This document shows positions 46,947-58,064 of a stretch of DNA of 64,000 bases, piece after piece. Made by a program: the position numbers and the translations under genes. Source of the DNA: Dehalococcoidales bacterium (GTDB lineage Bacteria; Chloroflexota; Dehalococcoidia; Dehalococcoidales; Fen-1064); contig CP070842.1 in the NCBI GenBank assembly GCA_020342155.1, forward strand, positions 1,172,594-1,236,593, written 5' to 3'. Within the stretch, counting starts at the first letter, position 1; each line of letters begins with the position of its first letter. The notes under the pieces are model-generated. The model was not told the DNA's origin and ran no database searches. It saw nothing but the letters and a program-made list of their open reading frames with translations.

Positions 46947-48050
46947 TCAACGCAGGCACTCCCAGTATTCCTTTAGGTGGTCTTTTGCTATCCGGATAAT
47001 GGCGTTGATATCACTAAAGGAACGTTCTCCCTGCCATTCAGCGGTCGGTTCGGGCTCTTCCAATTCAGCATCAGTGCCGGTCAAGCCGCAGATAAGGGCC
47101 AACCAGGCATGGGGCAAGACCTGCCGGTTGTAGCCGGAGCCAATGAGGTCAATCTCCTTGCCTTCACACACCTCGGCCATCTCCCTGACCTGCTCACCGA
47201 GCATTCTGAAGCTCTTTACCTGGAGCCCGAGGTTTGTTAGCTCGTCAGCGGTATGTGGGTCGGAGCCGCCGTTACGGATAATCACCTGCGGTCGAAACTC
47301 TTCGGCCACCGGCCGCACGATTTCCTCGAAGACCTGCTGGTAGGCATCCTCTCCCGAGAAGAGAGGCATGGGCACGTTAATCGTGAAACCCCTGCCATCC
47401 TCCGAACCAATCTGGTGGGCAAATCCGGTCCCGGGATAGAGTGTCCTGGGGTCCTGGTGCAGGTCAATCAGCAGCACCGAGGGGTCTTCATAGAAGTATT
47501 CGGCGGTGCCGTTTCCGGCATGGGCATCAGTGTCGAGAACAAGAACCCTGTCCAATCCGTGTACCTGTCGCAAATACCGGGCACAAAAGGCGACATCATT
47601 ATAGAGGCAGAACCCTTCCCCGTAATTGCCCTTGGCATGGTGCATACCACCACCAAGGGCGACCACCTTCGATGATTCATCCGTTGCCACCAGGTCAGCA
47701 GCTACCTTTGCCTGGCCGACAATCAGCCTGGCTGCCTCCTCAACCTTGCCCGGTCGGCCTCTGGGAATGTTGTCCCGGCTAAGGAAGCGGTTGAAATCGC
47801 CTGGATAGTCCAAGCCTAGATTAGCCGCCCGGTAATAACGCTGGCAGAAATCAATGTAGTCGTGCTGGCATATCAGGTGCAGTTCATCATCACCTGCCGG
47901 CTCAGCTATGATCATCTGGTAGTCCTGGCCCTCGACCAGCTTTTTTTTAAGAAACTGCGGGAAGATATCATAGCGGTCGCCCCGAAAGGGATGGCCCAGT
48001 CCGTAGTCATATTCCCGTAGCTCCTCGCGATAAATTATCGGTATTACCAT
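46947..48050 (-). CDS. Histone-deacetylase-family protein (AcuC/acetylpolyamine amidohydrolase-like)
   Basis: 367 aa. GGGMHHA, FCLYNDVA and DTDAHAGNGT metal and catalytic motifs. Confidence 0.88.
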   Translation of the reverse strand: MVIPIIYREELREYDYGLGHPFRGDRYDIFPQFLKKKLVEGQDYQMIIAEPAGDDELHLICQHDYIDFCQRYYRAANLGLDYPGDFNRFLSRDNIPRGRPGKVEEAARLIVGQAKVAADLVATDESSKVVALGGGMHHAKGNYGEGFCLYNDVAFCARYLRQVHGLDRVLVLDTDAHAGNGTAEYFYEDPSVLLIDLHQDPRTLYPGTGFAHQIGSEDGRGFTINVPMPLFSGEDAYQQVFEEIVRPVAEEFRPQVIIRNGGSDPHTADELTNLGLQVKSFRMLGEQVREMAEVCEGKEIDLIGSGYNRQVLPHAWLALICGLTGTDAELEEPEPTAEWQGERSFSDINAIIRIAKDHLKEYWECLR

Positions 48051-48196
48051 TTCCAGTTTCCTGCCCAGTTTATTTTACCTAATTACTGCCATCCTGCCAA
48101 TAAGCTGCTATCATACACCCATTGACCTCAATAATGGCTAAGAGTATCATGTAGCTAATTATCAACATGAAATACCTCCGAAGGAGGATATCTATC

Positions 48197-48871
48197 ATGG
48201 ATGCTGAGATTCACCGGCTGCCTATGGGAATATGCAACTGCTACTTGATTAAAGAAAATAGCGTGATTCTGGTTGATGCCGGCCCACCTAAACAGGTCGG
48301 CAAGCTCCGCACAGCATTACAAAAGCTATCGATTGAACCGCAGGATATTTCTCTCATGCTGATAACTCACGGCCACTACGACCACATCGGCTCCGTTAGT
48401 GAAGTCAAGACGTTGACCGATTGTAAAGTTGCTATTAATCATCGCGAAAAGGAATGGGTGGAGCAAGCGCTCCATCCGTTACCTCCGGGAATCGGTATCT
48501 GGGGTGCCGTTATGGCCGTATTGATGCGAATCACAGCCCCTTTCGTACAGTTTCCGGCCTCATCGGTGGATATTGCTCTTGAGGACACAGAGCTCCCCCT
48601 GCATCCATTCGGTGTCAATGGCAAGGTCCTCTACACGCCAGGACACTCCTCCGGTTCCACGAGCCTGCTGTTGGACACAGGCGAGGCTTTTGTCGGTGAC
48701 CTGGCGATGGGTGGTTTCCCGACGCGAATCGGGCCGGGTATGCCAATATTCGGTGACGACCGGAATGCCATCAAGACAAGCTGGAAACTACTCCTGGATA
48801 GTGGTGCCAAGTGGATATACCCCTCCCACGGAAATCCCTTCTCGGCCGATATTCTAAGAAAAGCACTCTGA
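48197..48871 (+). CDS. MBL-fold metallo-hydrolase
   Basis: THGHYDH motif. ATG 48197 is preceded by AAGGAGG (48181-48187) and preferred over the track start 48167. Confidence 0.85.
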   Translation: MDAEIHRLPMGICNCYLIKENSVILVDAGPPKQVGKLRTALQKLSIEPQDISLMLITHGHYDHIGSVSEVKTLTDCKVAINHREKEWVEQALHPLPPGIGIWGAVMAVLMRITAPFVQFPASSVDIALEDTELPLHPFGVNGKVLYTPGHSSGSTSLLLDTGEAFVGDLAMGGFPTRIGPGMPIFGDDRNAIKTSWKLLLDSGAKWIYPSHGNPFSADILRKAL

Positions 48872-48889
48872 ACCGCGCTAGGAAACAGC

Positions 48890-49426
48890 TTAGAGCGAAC
48901 CAGTCACCTTTTCAACGACCCTGGCCACAAAGTCCTGCCTCTCTTCGTCTGACATCCCGGTGCTGCCCTGCTCCTTGAGAATAGCTATCATATTCAGCAC
49001 GAAGTCAATCCGTTCTTCCTTGGGCATGTTGGGCAGCATCATGTTAAGGCAATGGGGCATCATCTCCTTCATCATGTTGGGCATCATTGGCCCCTCCATT
49101 TGAATCTGCTCAGACGAAGCAATTGCCTCTTCTGATTTCTCCGTCTGAGGACGGCTACCCATCATGCCTGATATCATCTCCATCATACCACCGCCTTGAC
49201 CACCACCCATCATACCCGACATCATTGTCATCATCATCTGGGGCATTACCTCGGCCATGTTGATGCCCTCCATCATCTTTGGCATCATTTCCATCATCAT
49301 CTTTTGCTTGTCTTCAGCCGTCATGCCGGTGAAGAACTTCTCCATCATCTGTCCCATCATCTGCTCTTTTTCTTCTTTGCTCATCCGTTCTATCATCTGG
49401 TCCATCATGCTATCCATCATTCCCAT
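48890..49426 (-). CDS. Methionine-rich protein (about 45 Met in 178 aa)
   Basis: Perfect RBS AAGGAGG 7 nt before ATG 49426. Lies 23 nt downstream of the PadR gene on the same strand. MM/MxM/MMxxMM repeats over the first ~140 aa, then an ordinary C-terminal ~40 aa. Confidence 0.8.
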   Translation of the reverse strand: MGMMDSMMDQMIERMSKEEKEQMMGQMMEKFFTGMTAEDKQKMMMEMMPKMMEGINMAEVMPQMMMTMMSGMMGGGQGGGMMEMISGMMGSRPQTEKSEEAIASSEQIQMEGPMMPNMMKEMMPHCLNMMLPNMPKEERIDFVLNMIAILKEQGSTGMSDEERQDFVARVVEKVTGSL

Positions 49427-49449
49427 CTTATGCCTCCTTGCTTGATAAA

Positions 49450-49947
49450 CTACTCTCCGGTGATGTTCTTGACTTCGTTATAGGCATGGGAGATAACCTC
49501 CCGAACTTGCTTCATCTTTTCAGGATCAAGCCTACGACTGTGACGAGCCAGCAATCCGCCCAAGCGACCGAAGTCCTGTACCGCTTCGCCAACGTTCACT
49601 CTGTCACGTGGATTCCAGTGGTCCTTCATGTATCGCCTGATCCTCTCAGTAGAACGACTTTGTCCTTCGAGGAACTTCATACCGTCGTCAGTAATCGTGT
49701 AGACCTTTTTACCATCTTGCTGGTCAGAGCCGACATAGCCAGCTTCTTCCAGCATCTGGAGTGTCGGGTAGATACTCCCCGGGCTGGGTGAGTAGAACCC
49801 ATGGGAGCGCTCCTCAAGGGCAGTAATAATTTCATAGCCATAGCGAGGTTTGTCATGTATCAGCTCCAGTATCACATACTTCAGGTCGCCCCGCTGAAAA
49901 TGCCGGTCACGCAAGTGCGCCCTGAAGAATCTACTTCGGTGAAACAT
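49450..49947 (-). CDS. PadR-family transcriptional regulator
   Basis: 165 aa. The winged-helix pattern ILELIHDKPRYGYEIITALE...SPGSIYPTLQMLEEAGYV is typical of PadR. Confidence 0.9.
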   Translation of the reverse strand: MFHRSRFFRAHLRDRHFQRGDLKYVILELIHDKPRYGYEIITALEERSHGFYSPSPGSIYPTLQMLEEAGYVGSDQQDGKKVYTITDDGMKFLEGQSRSTERIRRYMKDHWNPRDRVNVGEAVQDFGRLGGLLARHSRRLDPEKMKQVREVISHAYNEVKNITGE

Positions 49948-49985
49948 TATCCGTCCTCCTTTACATGGATTGCTTAAAGATATAA

Positions 49986-49999
49986 CACGATATATCGTG
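49986..49999. promoter_or_regulatory. Perfect 14-bp palindrome, candidate PadR operator
   Basis: CACGATATATCGTG, 39 nt upstream of the PadR start codon, embedded in GATATAA...ATATATC. Confidence 0.45.
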
Positions 50000-50112
50000 A
50001 TATATCATATCACTCAGACAACAGTCTGTCAATAGGTTTGATACAAAATAATCAGCAGCACTGCTACCCGATACACTATGATATAATCTACTAACATAAA
50101 GGCCAGCAGTAG

Positions 50113-52175
<2,063 letters not shown>

Positions 52176-52176
<1 letters not shown>

Positions 52177-52619
52177 TGAAAAATTCAAGCCGACTGGTGG
52201 TGGCTGTGGGGATAGTAAGTCTGACCGCACTGCTCCTATCGGGATGCGGTATTTCCAAGACGGAACATGAGGCTTTACAGAATGAGTACGACATACTTAA
52301 GGCCGAGTTGGACGGAATCCAGGAAGTCTACCCACCCAGGGACTTTTCTTCGATTTCGGAACTGGAAGACTGGCTCAGTACAAATGACGTATCGGAAGAG
52401 CCGCTAGTAGAGTACGCCGACGAGTGGTATCGAAAGGCCCTGAAGATACAGGAGGACGCTCTTGAAGATGGATATATTATATCCGCTGATTATGATATAT
52501 GGGAGGATGGTGAAACCGCAAGCGTATGGTGTGTGGCTATTGTCCGTGGCAGGGCATTTTTCTGGGACCCGGAGACTGACGATATTACAGAAGAAACGTT
52601 CTTTGGCACGGTCAAGTAA
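52176..52619 (+). CDS. Hypothetical lipoprotein
   Basis: 147 aa. Lipobox LLSGC|G. ATG overlaps the ligA stop. Confidence 0.7.
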
Positions 52620-52630
52620 GGGAGCGGTAA

Positions 52631-53227
52631 TTGTTTTTCTGGAAGAAAAAGCGTGATGTAACACTGATTGTCGGGCTGGGTAATCCAAGGGATAAACACG
52701 CCCGGAATCGCCACAATATCGGCTTTATGTGCGTTGAACATCTCGCCCGGAGTAACGATATCCGCCTTAACAAGAGCCAGGGACAGGCGTTGATAGGCTC
52801 GGGAGAGGTGGCCGGTTTGCAGGTCATTCTTGCCCAGCCGCAGACATTCGTCAACCGCAGTGGACTGGCAGTCAGCTGGCTGGTAAGGAAGTACCAGGTC
52901 ACCCGTGACCGCCTGATTGTCATCCATGACGACCTCGACCTGCCATCAGGGAGAATCCGAGTACGGCACGCAGGGAGTTCCGCCGGACACAGAGGTGTTA
53001 TGTCTATTGCCGACTCCCTCGGTGGGAGTAATTTTACCCGCATCCGCGTTGGTATCGGGCGACCTGCCGTCACCGTGGACAAAGATGCCGAGGTGGTCGA
53101 CTACGTCCTCGGCGATTTGACGCCTGAGGAGGAAAAAATATTTGAAGAGGTAATCCCGAGGGTGAGTGATGCCGTCCAGTCCCTGCTGACCGAGGGCCTG
53201 GACACGACGATGAAAAGGTTTAACTAA
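52631..53227 (+). CDS. pth: Peptidyl-tRNA hydrolase
   Basis: 198 aa. LIVGLGNPRDKHARNRHNIGF signature. TTG start. Confidence 0.93.
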   Translation: MFFWKKKRDVTLIVGLGNPRDKHARNRHNIGFMCVEHLARSNDIRLNKSQGQALIGSGEVAGLQVILAQPQTFVNRSGLAVSWLVRKYQVTRDRLIVIHDDLDLPSGRIRVRHAGSSAGHRGVMSIADSLGGSNFTRIRVGIGRPAVTVDKDAEVVDYVLGDLTPEEEKIFEEVIPRVSDAVQSLLTEGLDTTMKRFN

Positions 53228-53280
53228 TCCGGATTTCCGTAAAAACCAAATTTTCTTAGACACTTAAGGGGGTGAGGTAG

Positions 53281-54327
53281 ATAAAAATCGACTATCAGCC
53301 AGTTGAGTGGGTCGGCGACCGGGTAAGGCTGCTCGACCAGACCAGATTACCCGGCGAAGAGGTCTATCTCGATATTACCGACTACCGCGAAGTGGCCTCG
53401 GCAATCAAACAGATGAATGTCCGGGGAGCACCAGCCATCGGGGTGTCCGGTGGCTATGGGGTCGCCCTTGGTGCCCTGAAGATTAAGGCAGCTTCCGGAA
53501 ACGAGTTTATCAGAAAGATGCGTAAGGTCATCGAGGCCCTGAAAAACGCCCGCCCCACCGCCCGGAACCTCCCCAGAGCAGTCGAACGTATGGAACGAGT
53601 TGCCAACGAGGCGGTCACCGAAGGGAAGAACGTAGACCAGATTAGAGAAATTCTGGTGGACGAAGCCAAGAAGATACACACCGAGGAAGCCGAAGCCACC
53701 TATAAGATTAGCGATTTCGGGGCCGATCTTATCTTGAGCGGTGCCACCGTACTCACCCACTGCAACACCGGCCCGCTGGCGACCACCGGTTACGGTACGG
53801 CGCTGGGCGTGATTATCCGTGCCCACGAGCAGGACAAGGAAATAAAGGTGTTGGCCGATGAAACCCGCCCCCTCCTCCAGGGAGCGCGACTCACTTGCTG
53901 GGAGCTACAAAAGGCCGGTATCCCTGCAACACTGATTACCGACTCAATGGCGGGGTACTTTATGAGCCGGAGGGAGGTCGACTACGTGATTGTCGGGGCC
54001 GACCGGATTGCGGCCAACGGCGATACCGCCAATAAAATAGGCACATATACCCTGGCGGTACTGGCCAGGGAGAATAAAATCCCCTTCTACGTGGCCGCCC
54101 CCACCACCACCATCGACCCCTCACTGGCGTCAGGAGAGGAAATCCCGATTGAAGAGCGTAGCCATGATGAGGTAACCGGCTTCCAGGGAGTGCGTACCGC
54201 CCCCGACGAGTGCGAGGCGGCTAACCCCGCCTTTGACGTCACCCCCCATAAATACATCACCGCCATTATTACCGAGCGCGGCATAATACAAAAACCTTTT
54301 CAGCGGGGGATTGGGAGGGTAATATAG
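53281..54327 (+). CDS. mtnA: S-methyl-5-thioribose-1-phosphate isomerase (eIF-2B alpha/beta/delta family)
   Basis: The track ORF starts at GTG 53392. However, the frame is open from 53281 and encodes the conserved N-terminus (..PVEWVGDRVRLLDQTRLPGEEVYL...VRGAPAIG). Later motifs are TGPLATTGYGTALGVI and ADETRPLLQGARLT. There is no ATG/GTG/TTG between 53281 and 53392. The SD AAGGGGGTGAGG (53266-53277) precedes ATA 53281. Confidence 0.8.
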   Translation: MKIDYQPVEWVGDRVRLLDQTRLPGEEVYLDITDYREVASAIKQMNVRGAPAIGVSGGYGVALGALKIKAASGNEFIRKMRKVIEALKNARPTARNLPRAVERMERVANEAVTEGKNVDQIREILVDEAKKIHTEEAEATYKISDFGADLILSGATVLTHCNTGPLATTGYGTALGVIIRAHEQDKEIKVLADETRPLLQGARLTCWELQKAGIPATLITDSMAGYFMSRREVDYVIVGADRIAANGDTANKIGTYTLAVLARENKIPFYVAAPTTTIDPSLASGEEIPIEERSHDEVTGFQGVRTAPDECEAANPAFDVTPHKYITAIITERGIIQKPFQRGIGRVI

Positions 54328-54336
54328 AACAGTATT

Positions 54337-55020
54337 ATGAATCTATATCAAGATGAATCGGGCGATTTGGGATTCAAGGCAGGTAGCAGTAAATACTTCG
54401 TTGTTGTTATACTTTGCTCAGAAGAATCCAAACGAATCTCAAATGTGGTCAGGAAGTTCAAAGGGCAACTAATAAAGGCTGGTTGGCCGGTAAATATCGA
54501 GATTAAGGCGCACAATCTATATGACACACCACGTAACAGGGATATACCGGATACCTATAAGTATAAGCGTGATTCTGCTAGACCTATTGAGACAATACTG
54601 CGAAGATTAACAGCTTGCGAAATCGAAATAGACGCCATAGTTGTAAGAAAAGACAGAATCAATACAGACTTACGCAACCTTCCAAATAGCATTTTGCTTA
54701 ACTATTTCTCCGGCAGGGTATTGATAGACAGAATCACCAAGTACAGCAATGTGAATTTATACGTGGACCTGACGAATAAGCAGACTCATGATTCCCATCA
54801 TTTCGATGGCTATATAAAGACAGGGACTTACCTGACGAAGAAAGCATTCTTCCCACTGAACATCGAACACGTAGATTCTGACGTAGTACGCGGTGTCAGC
54901 GCGGTAGATTTCTTCGCCTGGTCCGTGTTCAGGAAATATGAGTATAGTGATAGCCGATTTGTGAATATATTCAAACACAAAATCAGCACGTTTAAAACGT
55001 ACTATTTCAGGGCAAAATAA
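54337..55020 (+). CDS. DUF3800-family protein
   Basis: 227 aa. The N-terminal MNLYQDESGDLGF is the DUF3800 DESG signature. Markedly AT-rich compared with its neighbours. Confidence 0.8.
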   Translation: MNLYQDESGDLGFKAGSSKYFVVVILCSEESKRISNVVRKFKGQLIKAGWPVNIEIKAHNLYDTPRNRDIPDTYKYKRDSARPIETILRRLTACEIEIDAIVVRKDRINTDLRNLPNSILLNYFSGRVLIDRITKYSNVNLYVDLTNKQTHDSHHFDGYIKTGTYLTKKAFFPLNIEHVDSDVVRGVSAVDFFAWSVFRKYEYSDSRFVNIFKHKISTFKTYYFRAK

Positions 55021-55207
55021 AAAAACCGCATCAGCGGCTTTCTAGTGGTGGCGCCTAACTAGCGGTTGCCACACATGCAACTTATGCACTCAGCACACTA
55101 ACCAGGAATTACCCACCGCACTTTAATTATATAGTTAACAACACCTTTTGTCAATGCAACCCTGACGTTATCCCGTTCTACTAAATCACATTAATTTCCA
55201 CCGAGCA

Positions 55208-55216
55208 TGGTATAAT
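55208..55216 (+). promoter_or_regulatory. Extended -10 element TGGTATAAT upstream of mtnP
   Basis: 30 nt upstream of ATG 55246. The RBS GGGAGGAA follows. Confidence 0.4.
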
Positions 55217-55245
55217 ACGGCAAACATTTAGGGAGGAACTAATAC

Positions 55246-56109
55246 ATGCTACAGGCTAAAATCGGGGTTATCGGGGGGAGCGGACTTTACGATATCCCCG
55301 GGATTGAGAATGTCGAAGAGGTAAACGTCGATACCCCGTTCGGCAAGCCGAGCGACTCTATCACCGTGGGCAAGCTGGGGGGAGTGGGGGTGGCCTTCCT
55401 GCCGCGGCACGGGCGGGGGCACCGCATCCTTCCCTCGGAGATACCCGTCCGCGCCAATATCTACGCTTTGAAATCACTCGGCGTGGAGCATATCATCGCC
55501 GTCAGCGCCTGCGGCAGCTTCAAGGAAGAGTTCAAGCCCGGCGACCTGCTAATCCCCGACCAAATAATCGACCGCACCAGTGGCCGGGTGAGTAGCTTCT
55601 TCGGCGACGGCATTGTTGCCCATGCCCTCTTCGCTCAGCCCTTCTGCCCAGAGCTCAGTAACCTCCTGTACGAGACCGGGAAGGAAGTGGACGCTTCCAT
55701 TCACCAGCACGGTACTTACCTCGTAATGGAGGGGCCGGTCTTCTCCACCAGGGCGGAATCATTACTGCACAAGTCGTGGGAGGTGGATGTCATCGGGATG
55801 ACAATCTCGCCGGAGGCCAAGCTGACGCGGGAGGCCGAAATCTGCTACGCTTGTATCGCCGGTGTCACCGACTACGACTGCTGGCACGAGACCGACGAAC
55901 CAATCCCTATCGACGTCATTATCCAGACCCTGCAACATAACACCGATACCATCAGAGAGATTATATCAAGGGCTATCGCCAGAATATCCGATACACGCGA
56001 TTGTGATTGTGCCAACGCCCTGCAAACGGCCATCGTGACCGCCCCGGAGGTGATAACGCCGGAGATAAAGAAGAGGCTGGACTTAATAATCGGTAAATAT
56101 GTGAAGTGA
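55246..56109 (+). CDS. mtnP: S-methyl-5'-thioadenosine phosphorylase
   Basis: 287 aa. IGVIGGSGLY...FLPRHGRGH...NIYALKSLGV...SACGS pattern of MTAP/PNP family 2. Confidence 0.92.
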   Translation: MLQAKIGVIGGSGLYDIPGIENVEEVNVDTPFGKPSDSITVGKLGGVGVAFLPRHGRGHRILPSEIPVRANIYALKSLGVEHIIAVSACGSFKEEFKPGDLLIPDQIIDRTSGRVSSFFGDGIVAHALFAQPFCPELSNLLYETGKEVDASIHQHGTYLVMEGPVFSTRAESLLHKSWEVDVIGMTISPEAKLTREAEICYACIAGVTDYDCWHETDEPIPIDVIIQTLQHNTDTIREIISRAIARISDTRDCDCANALQTAIVTAPEVITPEIKKRLDLIIGKYVK

Positions 56110-56116
56110 GGGGACT

Positions 56117-57142
56117 TTGGCTAATATAGAATTCGGCTGTTTACCGACCGCTATCGGCGGTATGCCCCAGACCGACCCGCAGGCGGCCTGCACCCAGGTT
56201 ATCCGTTACCTGCGGGACATCCCGGTATGGCCGCAACTGCCGAACCGCTCCTACAACGAGAATATGTATGTCCAGTACAGCTGGGGGCTTCCGGGATTGG
56301 TAGTAGAGAACGAGCGCATCTATGTCGATCGTACCCAGGCCCACAAAGAGTTGGAGCAGTTTTATACCGACTTCCTGTCGGACGACTATAATAAGTACCC
56401 CATCGGGGCTGAGTACGCCGCCGGTCTGCACACCTTTCTAGGCTGGGAGCACCTCTCGCCCTGGGCAGTTAAGGGGCAGATAACCGGGCCGGTCACACTG
56501 GGCATGATGGTTACCGACGAAAACCGCAAGTCGATAATCTACGACGATGTCCTCGGCGATACGATACCGAAGCTGCTCAAGCTCAAGGCAAAATGGCAGG
56601 AGAAGGTCCTCGGTCAGCTATCGAAGCGGACGATTATCTTCGTCGACGAGCCGTATATGTCTGCCTTTGGCTCGGTGGGCATGATGCTCTCCGAAGAGAC
56701 CGTAGTCGGCCTGATCAACGATGTCTTCAGCAGCATCAACGGCGTCAAAGGTATTCACTGCTGCGGTAACACCGACTGGTCAATCCTGCTTAAGACCAAT
56801 ACAGATATTATCAACTTTGACGCCTATAACTATGCGCAGTCACTGGCGCTCTATCCCGCCGAGGTCAAGAAATTCCTCGAAAAAGGCGGGACGATTGCCT
56901 GGGGAATTGTCCCCAATAACCCGGAGACACTGGCAAAAGAGACAGTTGCCAGCCTCAAAAACCGCCTTGAAGAGGCCATGGCACCTTTCACCAGAGAAGG
57001 TATCCCTTTTAAGCAATTGGTCAGGCAGGGCCTGTTGACACCAAGCTGCCAGATTGCTTCGCTGGAAACAGAGGAAGCGGCAGGACAGGCCCTGGAGTTG
57101 CTGGCGGAGCTATCGACAGATATCAGGAAACGGCACCTCTAA
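56117..57142 (+). CDS. Short MetE-like (URO-D/CIMS superfamily) protein, candidate core methionine synthase
   Basis: 341 aa, the size of a single MetE catalytic barrel. HxC-type motif GIHCCGNTDW and a C-terminal Cys (LTPSCQIA) sit where the MetE zinc ligands lie. Confidence 0.7.
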   Translation: MANIEFGCLPTAIGGMPQTDPQAACTQVIRYLRDIPVWPQLPNRSYNENMYVQYSWGLPGLVVENERIYVDRTQAHKELEQFYTDFLSDDYNKYPIGAEYAAGLHTFLGWEHLSPWAVKGQITGPVTLGMMVTDENRKSIIYDDVLGDTIPKLLKLKAKWQEKVLGQLSKRTIIFVDEPYMSAFGSVGMMLSEETVVGLINDVFSSINGVKGIHCCGNTDWSILLKTNTDIINFDAYNYAQSLALYPAEVKKFLEKGGTIAWGIVPNNPETLAKETVASLKNRLEEAMAPFTREGIPFKQLVRQGLLTPSCQIASLETEEAAGQALELLAELSTDIRKRHL

Positions 57143-57182
57143 TAAAGGCTATTGATCCTGTCACTGAAGGTTTGGTTCGACT

Positions 57183-58058
57183 ATGCCAGACTATATTCTG
57201 AAATATGACCCGATACCGAGCATCTTCGAGAAGGGCAATTCTTACCATAAACTTAAAGCCCTGAGTTTTCTGGCGGAAAGGGATGACAGTAGACTACTTG
57301 ATGTATTGCAGAGAGTGAAATCTTCCCAGAATGCCGATGGCGGCTGGCCGTGGCTGGGTCGATGGGAATTTGATGAAAAGGTCCCCAGCAGCATCAGTGA
57401 CACAGCCTATTACCTGCCCCCGCTCGTGGATTGCGGTGTAGACATACATTCCGAAGAAGTAGTGAAGGCATCAGCTTTCTTGCTGAAAGCACAGAGTGAC
57501 GATGGCGGGTGGGCGGAAAACCCGGAGTTACGTAAGACCATGGAGGAAAGCTGGACCTGGTTCAGTGTCGACCACAGCGTGACGTGGATTACCGGGCTGG
57601 TTATCAACACTTTGCTCAAAGCAGGACATCCGCTCGATGCATCATCCATAGTCAAAGCCGTGACTTTTTTAAAAAGCATGCAGAATGATGAGGGGGGCTG
57701 GCCTTCCCATGCCAGTGTCCCCGAACCGAGCAGCACCGAAATGTGGACGATGGAGGAGGTCATCTCGGCATTGTTGAATTGCGGGGAAACGAAGGACTCG
57801 GAGATAATCAAGAAAGCTGAAAGTACCATACTGAACCACCGGGATAGGTGGCAGGAACCCGTGGAAAACCCCCTGGGCGTGTTTCTGATGCTGGGGTATG
57901 ATAGAGGCCACGAGTACGTGGCAAAGTGTATCGGTCATCTTCTGGAAAATCAGAAGGAGGACGGCGGGTGGGGTTATTATAACGAGTGGGACTCCAGTCC
58001 CGACCAGACAGTCCGCTGGCTGGAGGTGCTGCTGGAGTACGGAGTGAGAATAGGCTAG
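57183..58058 (+). CDS. Prenyltransferase/squalene-oxidase-repeat (alpha-alpha toroid) protein
   Basis: 291 aa with four Q..DGGW repeats (QNADGGWPW, QSDDGGWAE, QNDEGGWPS, QKEDGGWGY). Confidence 0.8.
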   Translation: MPDYILKYDPIPSIFEKGNSYHKLKALSFLAERDDSRLLDVLQRVKSSQNADGGWPWLGRWEFDEKVPSSISDTAYYLPPLVDCGVDIHSEEVVKASAFLLKAQSDDGGWAENPELRKTMEESWTWFSVDHSVTWITGLVINTLLKAGHPLDASSIVKAVTFLKSMQNDEGGWPSHASVPEPSSTEMWTMEEVISALLNCGETKDSEIIKKAESTILNHRDRWQEPVENPLGVFLMLGYDRGHEYVAKCIGHLLENQKEDGGWGYYNEWDSSPDQTVRWLEVLLEYGVRIG

Positions 58059-58064
58059 TCTGCA

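Noticed and set aside
49196-49483. 95-aa His-rich ORF (HHTRHHCHHHLGHYLGHV...) on the plus strand.
   Set aside because: It is the mirror image of the Met-rich gene, because ATG codons read as CAT on the other strand. The minus-strand ORF has a perfect RBS and operon context with PadR; the plus-strand ORF has neither.
55019-55047. Terminator after the DUF3800 gene (AAAAAACCGC-atca-GCGGCTTTCT).
   Set aside because: The GC stem is only 4 bp and has a mismatch in its A:T extension, which is too weak to call.
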